From assembly GCA_047495785.1 (NCBI GenBank), contig JBLDXI010000001.1, forward strand, positions 3,844,001 to 3,908,000: DNA of 64,000 bases, read 5' to 3'. Of the stretch, positions 25,860 to 36,197 are shown piece by piece. Position 1 is the first letter of the stretch, and each line of letters begins with the position of its first letter. The position numbers and the translations under genes are program-made. Below the pieces are notes generated by a model that did no database searches, was not told the origin of the DNA, and saw nothing but the letters and a program-made list of their open reading frames with translations. This stretch comes from Lepidodermella squamata. Lineage: Eukaryota > Animalia > Gastrotricha.

Positions 25860-27520
25860 GGGTAAAGTCGCACAATTTGGGACAAAATTCGATGCGTTTT
25901 CGTACAATTAATTCAGATCATCCAAGTCGAGCGTTGCTTAGACAATTTTTGTGGACATTATAGCCAGATGAGTCCGCTATAATTTGACACCTTGCGCGCG
26001 CACATACGCGCTACCGTTGCGTCAGCGCGCGCGCGCCCGAAACAATAAAAACAGCCCGTCCCACATACGTGCCAGGTTTGCTATGCTATGCTCTTTCAGA
26101 ATACCTCATTTAAAATTTGCAGCGCACAAGCACAACTTGTGGGTGTTGACTGCTGTTCATAGCCGGTCAACGCGCGTCGTGTGGTGCGCGGCCAGCTACA
26201 AAATCCCCACATTTGCGCGCTCTTAATACTCTGTTTCAGAAAGAATCGCGCGCTTCATAAATTTGACGTGGTTAAAAAGATGAATTAATAGAGCGCAAAA
26301 AATTATATATTTCTGCAAAAACTGCATCGAAAACAGACACAGTGATCATGAGCTGCACGCTGTCCCAAATGTTGAGCCGGAAACCAACACAACAGGAGCG
26401 AGCGCGCCGCCATATGCTGTAGTGATGCGCACCGATTATTTTTTCTTTAATCGATTAAAATTCGATTTCCACGATAATCGAATCGTGTTAATCGCGATTA
26501 AATCGTCAATCGAATCGCCCGACAAATCGAATCGATTAATCGTGGGCGCTGTATTAAACTCAAGTAAAATTATGATCAGATAGGCTTGTTTGTAACAATT
26601 ATTTGAACGCGCTTCTAGCATTACTATCAACTCGTATCCTCAATCTGACAATTCCACGAGATTCTACGCAAAAAACTGAGTAATTCTATGTGTTACTCGA
26701 CCTAAATTGGTTTTGGTAATGCAAAATAAATTGAGTGCAATAAAGCAATAAATTTATTAATTATTACTAATTATCTCCGGAAGTATGATGGCTATTGAAA
26801 TTCTGAAAGCAGATTCTGATTCCTCGTGAAAAACTATCCCCTCCGGTGTTTCTAAGGGGGGTTTCGACATGAAAAGAAGCGGTTTTGCCGGTTTCTTTGA
26901 AATTTTTATTTTTATAATCCAATTAATTAATCAATTCAATAGCCGGAAACGAAATTTGATTCCGCGATTTCTTCACAACCATTCATCCTGTTTTGATGAA
27001 AATTAGGTTTCTAGGGTAACTTTTTACGCTGAACAAGATGATGCGAACCGTTAATTGATAGAGACCATTGGATAAGCGCAAATCGATAATCGATAATCGA
27101 TAATCAATCAGTTTCCTGCTTATGCATGCAATTTTCAAATAGCAAATAGATTTTTCTTACCAAAGCATCCTCCTAATCGAACTAAATGCTTAGAAAAACG
27201 AATGCAATAGAAGAAAACAAGAAATAGGAATGATTGTGAGCAGATTCTCCTCTACACTGTCTTGTCAGAACATCTATCATAGCCGATTAATCGGCCGATT
27301 AATCGGGCGATTAATCGATGCCAGGAAAGACGATTTTGGGACGAGCGCCATGATTAAAATTCGATTCGACTTAATCGTGATTTAATCGCGATTGGCCAAA
27401 ATCGGAGCGCATCACTAATATGCTGCCGCTATTGACACCATCCTCATCTAAATGCGATTCACAGAAATGATACGAATATAAATAAACCTTAACTTGTCCC
27501 CACATTGAGCGACTTTACCC
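25860..27520. mobile_element. Non-autonomous Tc1/mariner/pogo-like element with TA TSD
   Basis: TIRs gggtaaagtcgcacaatttgggacaa / ttgtccccacattgagcgactttaccc flanked by TA on both sides. Confidence 0.75.
26420..27417. mobile_element. Non-autonomous hAT element (998 bp)
   Basis: TIRs tagtgatgcgcaccgatt / aatcggagcgcatcacta, perfect 8-bp TSD atatgctg, many subterminal aatcg/cgatt repeats. Confidence 0.9.
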
Positions 27521-27892
27521 TAGAGCACATTAGACTTTCAATCAATCAGCACATTCTCGCCAATAGATCCGTTTGAAGTGCCGTAAGAATTCCTGATAGC
27601 CCTAATTTATAGATAGGATTCCAGTCAAATGACCGAGTGGATGCGCTTTGTAAATAATACTTCGGCGCATGATTGTTTTCATTGATAAATATTAGTCCGT
27701 GGCATTTTGCTCTTGACGTAGCATTTCATTAAGAAGTCCGCGCAAAACTCGTGAAACCCAAACTTGAATGGTGGGTCATGTTTTGTCTTATACGAATCAA
27801 GCCAATCGAGTTGCATGTCAAGCATTACTCGAATACGGAATCGTTGTTTATTGCTAATCAACTCGATCGCTAAATCGCTAACCAGATGACAT

Positions 27893-30800
27893 CGTTCGTG
27901 TTGCGACGTAAGAGACCTCGTTAGGCAGTACTTTCATGCTGTTTGTAATAAAATACTTGGTATAGCTACTTTTTATTTGCCGGTAATAGCATCATTATTG
28001 CGGCGCATCCGATACCGAGCGGTTAAAACGCCTACCAGAATGCGTACTGCACACAAACGCTTCAGACAATTTCTCCGTTATCATGGCTAAATTCTTAAGA
28101 TCAACCAAATTTATCTCCATCTTCCTTATTTCATAATCGTTCCGTTGGAGCGTAGTCTAGGATAATTCCATCAATTTTTCTCAAAATCCATAGGCTAAAT
28201 TCATAGGGTAAACTCTCTCTCTCTCTCTTATGTTCCACTTATTGTTCAAACATGACCAGAGTCTGCGTTTGAATGGGCATACTTTCATAGTTTCCCATTC
28301 CCGGAGAATTTCCCAGGAATTATGGACCAGCTGAGCCAATGTTTCTACTGATTCTGATTCTGATACTGATTTTATTATGCATTTTGTTTCACAACAGTTA
28401 GCAATAGGTTAGTTCTCGGCGCCTCGCCTCAGAGGTCGTAAAATCCACTAGTTCATCTGACTTAGATTTAAGATATCGCAGAAACACAGTATGAGAATTA
28501 TTGACAATACTTGAGGGCAGCCGGTTCATGTTGAAAGGTCATGTTGAAAGCGTCTGATTTCAAGAGGACACAGTCCTAGTTTTTTACATCTTTCATAATA
28601 CGAGGCACCGTCAATCGATGAATAGTAGTCACTTCTATACAAAAGGCGTTTAGTGAACCGGGCTGCTATTCAGCCCTTAAATCATGAAACTGCTAAGAAA
28701 GGACTTTTTACGCTATTGGTTTTAATATAATTTGCGGTTATCCTTCTCCATTATCTCGCATTTTGATATCCTTCTTAAATTTTTCGCTTGAAAAAGCGGT
28801 CACATCTTTTTCTGATCAATCGAATTTCATGTTTATCAAATATGAGCAGTTGATCTGTTGCAACAAACTGAACTAAAACCTTGCCCGAAGCTCGCGGAAT
28901 CGCTGAGATTTGCAGCCACACGAGGTCAATAGTAGAATCACACAAAGTTAACGAAGTTGGTAGCATTCAAGAATTGCTAGGATGACTTGTATTCCTGCAT
29001 CCTAAGAAAGATAGCGGATTGTCTTGATAATGTGATCTGGTTAGCAATTAGCAACGAAACCGCCGTATTTGAGGAATGCTTGACATGCAACTCGCTTGAC
29101 ATTATTCGTATACGACAAAACGTGATCCACCATTCCAGTTTGGGTTTCACGATTTTTGCGCGGACTTCTTACGGAAATACTACGTCACATTTATTCCGAT
29201 GGTGCCGTCATCAATTCTTGAAAATTACTAGTTCATTTCGGTTTTAAGTGATACATTTTCAGAAGTCTTTACAGACCGCTTGTTTCCTAATTGCGAAACT
29301 TCAAAGATTTATCCGCTAAAGCTTCCATGGACGAGATCTACTTCCAGTAATATTACGTGTTCACAAATATCATTCTATAATTTATCGTAGAATCAAAGCA
29401 GTTTTTTTAGAATGGCTCATTCTAAAATAGCTAATAATGATTCATTACTATCTTATTCCAATATCTCCCGAAGCTATCTAATTGTACATCTAATAGTACA
29501 GTAATATTACATCCAATTAGCTGCTGTATTAAATTTTAATTTCTACATTGTTGATAGGATTATTTTACTTAACCGAACCACTAATGATCGACGCTAACAA
29601 TCCCGCCCTCCAACCCGGCGAAATCATCAAATATTGGGGAACCGATTTCTCGGCCCTGATCGACTTCGATACCGCATCGGCTATCAGCAATCTGAATAAG
29701 AACTTGAATAAACTTGTCGCATGCACCTGGTTTCGCGGAGATCAAAAGCTCACGCGGCTGAACCAGTAAGTTTGGCCAACCCTCGTGTACCCTCTACAAA
29801 CCGCACCGCTGAACAAGCTGCCGCGATCATGCCTGGAGAATGTGGACAAGATAGTCAGATCAGCCGTGAAGGGAGTGCTACTCCTGCCAACCCCGACACC
29901 CGACGCATTCCTTTACGCCGCCAGGCGCTGCCGCGGACTCGCAATCAGGCGAGCATCGTGGGAGGCGTTCATCCAACACTACGCTATTTGCATGAAGCTT
30001 GCCTCGATCAACAACGACCAACTCGAGAAAGCTGACCCTACCCGACGACCGCCAGGCAACGAGCCGCGATCTCAGGAAACCGAAACGCGATTCGTGTTTT
30101 AAGGAGTGGTGTTCGAAACCCACAGGTGAGGGCGCTGTGTGATTCAAGGAATATCCCGCGGGTAACAACCTGATCCTGAATAAAACCGGCCTCTCGTCGA
30201 GCGAGTACACCTGCGCAATTAAGATGACGGCGAGATCTGTGTCAGTGAGAAGCAGTAAGTTTGCTGCAAGCGACGGGACCACCACTGCGGCGCTGAGAAA
30301 GAAACTCTTGGTCATGTCCTCGGCGCTTGTCATTTCAACTCGCTGATGATCACCAGTCGTCATGATAAAATCCGCTCGATGATCGCTACGGCACTACGGA
30401 AGAACGGGATGAAAGTGCACGAGGTAAGTCGCGGTAAAGGAGACAGACGGCGCGTGGAGACGAGTCGACATCATCGCGTACGATCCGAGGACGAAGGAGG
30501 GAAAATTAGCGAAATTCCGGCAAAAGGTCGCTACTATACTATTGCTGAGTGCTGGCTCTTCCGATATTATTCAACCTGTTATCGCCATTTCTGTTGAAAC
30601 AAAGTGTGATAAATTATTCTCTTGGTTTCATTTCATTTCTTCATTTTCAATTGTTTCGCTGCGTTGAAAATAAAGATGGACGGCACCGGGTCACGGATAA
30701 TAATACTTTTTCATTGGTCTCGGCAGCTCGTTTTTGCTAACTGTATAATTTTCAATCGAAGAATTGCAGAAAAGCGCGAGAAAACTTTGAAGAATTATGG

Positions 30801-30991
30801 GAAGGATAAGCGAAGAAGATGAATTTATCTTCTTTTATCTTCAAGAGTCCAAGAACGCAAGATAGCAATCGCAGCTAATGGCAATTTTATAGCCCTTGAA
30901 CCGAAGATAGTAATTTGGGATGCAACCGCAATATAGCCATATATAGAAATATGCGCTAGCACTGGCGGTCTCTTACGTCGCAACACGAACG
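27893..30991 (-). mobile_element. Second copy of the same TIR element, inserted in opposite orientation inside the outer copy, TSD ACAT
   Basis: Same TIRs; flanks acat/acat; internal segments are reverse complements of 24603-25490, 27700-27890 and 30993-32013. Confidence 0.85.
29580..30500 (+). mobile_element. Decayed 3' fragment of a non-LTR retrotransposon with restriction-like endonuclease (R2/R4/NeSL group)
   Basis: RT end/thumb IKYWG..., QKL..LNQ, VDKIVRSAVKGVLLLP..TPDAFLYA..RCRGLAI; zinc knuckle HCGAEKETLGHVLGAC, SRHDKIR, RVDIIAYD; stops and frameshifts. Confidence 0.8.
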
Positions 30992-32900
30992 ACATTATAC
31001 CAAGACCACCCGCTATCTTTCTTAGGATGCAGGAATGCAAGTCATCTAAGACCGTGCACTGTCTAAGACAAGCGCGTGTCCCCGTTGTTCCGGCGCCTTG
31101 TCTTGCTTTTATTTTAAATTTACGAACTGAACATGCCGAATAAGGACAATAAAAAAGAGTTTCGTTCGTAGCAATTCTCGAATGCTAGCAACTTCGTAAA
31201 TTTTGTGCGATTCTACTATTGACCTCATGCGGCTGCGAATCTACTTTCTACTTCAAGCGATTTCGCGAGCTTGGCGCAAGTTTGTAGTTCAGTTTGGTGC
31301 AACAGCGCAACGGCTCATAAAGAGTTGATAAAACATTGAAGGCGATTGATTCTATGATCGAAACAGAGAAATATATATGTGATCGCTTGTCGTGTTATAA
31401 AACTTGAGAAGGACATCGAAGGATATCTGCGAGATAATGGAGATGGAAACCACAAGATAGATTATAAATATTAGCGTAATAAGTGCTTTCTTGGCATTTT
31501 CAGGATTTAGGGGCTGAATGCTGAATAGTAGAAATATTGGCTCATCTAGTCATAATTCCATAATATGCATTTTTCGTGATGATTACTGCATGGGTTGCAT
31601 GAAACGTTGCTCCGGGAATAATGAAAAATCAATAAAAAAGTGTGCCCTTTCGAACGCAAACTCTGTCATGTTTCAACAAGTGGTGATGCTCTCATGGTTC
31701 AACAAGACTATACAGAGAGACAGAAAAGTATCACTTGAGAATGAACTTGAGAATGAAGGAACGAACATGAAATAAGGAAGAAGAGGATAAACTTGGTTGA
31801 TATTTAGAATTTAGCCATGATAACGGAGAAATTGTCTGAAGCGTTTGCATAGTACGCATTCTGGTAGGCGTTGTAACCGCTCGGCATCGGATGCGCCGCA
31901 ATAATGATGTTATTACCGACGAATAAAAAGTAGCTTATACCAGTACCAAGTATTTTATTGCAAACAGCATGAAAGTACTGCCTAGCGAGGTCTCTTACGT
32001 CGCAACACGAACGAAATTCTCAAATCAAAATTACGCCTAATCTTCGGGCTATACCGAGAAGTATTTTCGTTCAAGAATAATAGCAGTTACCTAATAATAG
32101 AATAATTCAGAAATAAAGCGGCGTATTAACAGCGGCTAAAATTTGGGAGAGGGGCAAATTATAAACATCTTTCTGTGAATGGAGGCGGAGAATCGCGAAA
32201 ATAAAGTGGAATGCCCGTAAGCCGATCAAATATCCTCATTCAATCGACAGCCTCCTGATTTCCATCGAGTTCCTGATTTCCTGTTATGTAAGCCGTGTAG
32301 GCTACCAGAAAAGTTCAGTGAATAGTCTTCACGCTTAAAATCAGTTGGGAAGTTGAGGTACTTATCCATCATAAATCAGTGTTCTGAGAGCTGCCCAATG
32401 AGGTTACGTTGTAGGGTCAAAGTGGTTGAGCTAGCAAGAAGATTCTTCCACGTAATCGTAATTATAGTGACATTATTCATCGCATTTTCAAGCCGTTTTC
32501 CTGGAAATCATTTATTGAGGCTTGACGTACGTAGGCATGTTCGTCTATTAGGAACCGGAGCATATCCGTCAGGCTTGTTTACATCTTAGAAGAAATACGT
32601 GAAGACGAATTTGGTAAAAGCATGTAGACGATAGTAATATTGCCAACCTACAGAATGTTTGCTGTCATGCGCGTTTTGAAGCTCAAAATTTGGTCAGGCG
32701 AGAAACCGTCAAGACTTCCGCCGGAACGTCAATTGCTTCAATTGCTCCAGCTGCCTCCCGTGATAGGCAGCATGATCAAGCATGCTATAAAATAATGAGT
32801 TGCGCCCATCAAAATATTATTTCTCAATTATTTTACCGGTTTGTTCAATTGTTGTTATCGCATTCAACATTCTACGTACATTAAGATCACATTCCCAAAA

Positions 32901-33344
32901 ATGAGCAGATACGTCTTGATCGCTTTCGCGCTTGTAAGCATATATATTGCAATTAAATTCAAAATTTTCGAATTATGAATTGTTACCTTACAGATAGGTT
33001 GCACCGCTCTCGCCACCGCCGACCCAGCTCCACATCAGACGAAAACCAACTTGGTGAAAATGAAGCTTATTTCCTCCTCGGCGAAGAAAGATCCTACCAC
33101 TTTTGCCGCAAATCTCTCTACAACCGTCGCAAATCCAAGGAAGCTATGGGTTTTTCTCTATTCGATGTTTACCGGCAACAATGACGCTGTGGCGCAGAGC
33201 ATCATCAGCGATGTAGCGAAGAATCCGAAGGCAATCGAATCCATTGTCCGCGAACTGGCGAACGATCCTGCCAAGCTCATTGGTAAATGGCTTCAGATTA
33301 AACCCTCCGCGGATGATCTTCGCACACCTTATTATAGCAGCTAA
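32901..33344 (+). CDS. Small secreted helical protein, family copy 4, 127 aa; exons 32901-32933, 32994-33344
   Basis: MSRYVLIAFAL|IGCTALATA...FTGNNDAVAQSIISDVAKNPKAIESIVRELANDPAKLIGKWLQI; upstream block (~32661-32720) and 3' motif ctgttgagacgtgaaa shared with copy 3; TATAAAA near 32786. Confidence 0.8.
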
Positions 33345-34298
33345 GAGTGCGAAAGAGCTGATATGGATTTGTAAGTCCTACGATAATGAGAGTGCGAAGA
33401 AAAGCTGTTGAGACGTGAAACAGGGTTCAGCCCAATTAAATAAAAGATTGAAGATAAAACTTGTGAAACTGTCATTTTTCACGACTTACCGATTACTTAC
33501 TAGAGCTTTTTTGTTTCGGTGTTATTAATTTAAATGACATGAAGTTGAACCCAACCTAGCAAGAAACTAACGGCGAATTTTCCCTGATTCTGAAGTTTAT
33601 CTGATCTAAACCGACCCTGGCACTTGAAGTAATAGCTGGGATTGGTCAGCGAACAAATTATCGAACGAATTCGATTAATAACCCTTGCAGTGTGAACACT
33701 CGCCCCTCTATTGTCGTAGCTTGCATTATTCATAGGCGTACAAACGAGTAGCCGAAAGTTATTCTATGAATGCTTGATAGAGAGCGCAATCATCTCAAAA
33801 CCAGCTGCATTTTTGATCGATTTGTGCCGCTGCGCCTATTTCTTTTCCTGCGTAGGTGCTTTAGTATTATAGTAGTAAGTATCGGGATAATAGATGTTGG
33901 AGGAAACTATTAAAGGTAATACAAAAGATTCAACTCCTTATCATATAATAGCTGGCAGAATAGTGCTTTATGGCCCTTTCAATTTTCCATTACAGCGATT
34001 TCTAAAAGTTTACTGGGCGTATAGGGCTCTTCTTCGAGATTCCTCGGGGTCTTTCCAGAATCGTAAATTTCCTTAACTAGCAATCTAGAAGCATCTGGAA
34101 GCGGATTTCTAACTATTTCCTTTCTCAAAGTAATAGCGCACAAGTGAGAAACCATAGGTCAGGTCACGTGACCCAACAGAGTTGCGCCGTCTCCTCGTAG
34201 ATTCTGATACTCTTTTACCCACCATTGATTTAAATTGTCTTCAATGGCATGCTTATAGGCCTGCGTATATAAACCAAGATGTTCAAGATGGCTCAGTA

Positions 34299-35488
34299 AT
34301 GAAAACCGCAGATAAATCCAAGGGTGCGGCAAAACCTGCGTCAAAACCGATCTCCAAGGCAACATCCTCCAAGCCAGAAAACGGCAAGAAGGCTTCATCG
34401 ACCGCAAAAGCAGCTGTCAAAAAGTTTTCTGGAAACGCTGCCGAATTGTTCAAAGCAGCTAAAACCGGCGATGTAGACACGCTGATTTCAGCCTATGAAG
34501 ACAGTTCAAAGTGGATGGAGTTGGTTCAAGAAAGTAGCGGGGCGACTCTGATGATAATCGCCGCGGAGAATGGCCAAGTTGAATTCGTGAAAGCTCTTCA
34601 CGAAAAATGGCCAGGCTGTATTGAGAAACAAGATGCGGGCGGTGCGACGGCGTTGTGGCGAGCAGCTGAAAAAGGTCATTTAGAAACCTTGCGATTCTTA
34701 CAAGAGAAATACCCACGCGCTGCCGAGTTGCGATGCGGAGACGCTAACATGGCGCCGCTTGGTATTGCGGCTCAAAATGGCCATTTAGGTAAAATAGAAG
34801 ACGAAACAATGCTTGTTACCAATAAGTCAAAACTCAAAATTTAGGCTCAGTTCGATTTTTGGTCGACGCTTTCCCCTTGGCCGCCGAGGTTCGAGACGCA
34901 AACGGCTACACGCCCCTCTGGCTAGCTGCCGAAGCGGGGCATCTCGACGTGGTGAAATGTCTATGGGAAGCATGCCCCCGCTGCGTTAAAATGGCCGATT
35001 CGGACGGCGCAACCCCTCTCCTCATCGCCTCGATCAGCGGCGAACTGAGCATGGTCAAATTTCTGTACGGCCAGTACCCGCAAGCTGCCGAAATACCCGA
35101 GGAAACTAGTGGCGATACTCCGTTTTGGAAAGCTGCTGGTTGTAACCATTTGAACGTTGTTAAATTTCTGTACGAAAAATACCCGGACGCGATTGGAATG
35201 CCGAATAATAACGGCGATTTACCGCTGGCTATCGCTGCGGCTAATGGCCATCTTGAAATGGTTGAATTCTTGCTGGAAAAATCGCCGAATGCAGCTGAAA
35301 ATCAGAACAAAAATGGCGCTACTGCCCTGTGGCTTGCGGCTGCAAATGGCCATTTGAATGTACTGAAATTGCTGTTTGAAAGTTATAAAAGAGCGGTGAA
35401 ATTATCGGATAACAATGGCGTGACGCCTTCAGATATCGCCAAGCAAAATGGATTTGATGAAGTTGTCAATTTTCTGAAAACCTGCTAG
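34299..35488 (+). CDS. Ankyrin-repeat protein with Lys/Ala-rich N-terminus; exons 34299-34788, 34845-35488
   Basis: Repeated G.T(P/A)LW.AA.NGHL.VVKFL units; 56-nt phase-1 intron; TATATAAA near 34266. Confidence 0.88.
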
Positions 35489-36197
35489 AGATACCTCCCG
35501 AAAAAACGATCTCAATGCGTTAATTTTGGTAGATTAAACCTTCTTGGTTACTGAATAAAATAACAAATACGGAAAATTATAGCTGTTACTTCATTGCAGG
35601 TTTTAATCTACATGACGTATGGGAAAGGGAGCCTTCATCAGATCTAGTTGCAGAGTTGAGAGAGTTGAATTTCCTTTTAACCGGGAGAAACTTCGATCTT
35701 CTCTCATTTACGAAATGGATTCTAAGCCATTAGACCTCGAGTAAACTGATTTAGATTGCTTACTTTTATCTCGAACCTAACTACGACCCACAAAAGAAAC
35801 TTATTGATTATTAGCAGAAGAAATTACACGACGAGTATGTGAGCACTCCTTATATGTATGTGCATGCAAAACAACGAAAATGCGCAGAAAATCGTGTTTT
35901 TCACAGACGAAATCATCAGATCAAACACGGCTTCAAACAAGTTAAAGTCATTTCCGGGTCATCTGCGGGCGAAGACAGATTTCTACTTCCCGATATCCGA
36001 TATTAAAGCAAAATGATGAAAGATTGATGGATGGAAAGTAGTAACGGAAAGCTACTTCCTCGCTCTTATAGTTGTTTTTTCCCGAGGAAATTCTGTGAAT
36101 TTGACAGACATCATCAGACATCACGCAAACTACATATTATATAAATGGAGGCGTTATGCTCACCCAGCATCACTGCGCAATCTCTGTTTGCTGAAAG

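Larger units (their letters stand above)
24603..32013 (+). mobile_element. Non-autonomous TIR DNA transposon, outer copy, 4-bp TSD AAAT (possibly Sola-type), carrying nested inserts
   Basis: TIR cgttcgtgttgcgacgtaag.gacc at both ends; flanks aaat/aaat. Confidence 0.85.

Noticed and set aside
26445-27400. Clustered aatcg/cgatt short repeats suggesting an array
   Set aside because: Irregularly spaced hAT subterminal repeats, not CRISPR or satellite
24608-31775. Numerous 60-100-aa ORFs in the TIR elements
   Set aside because: No transposase motifs; frames are not conserved between the two element copies
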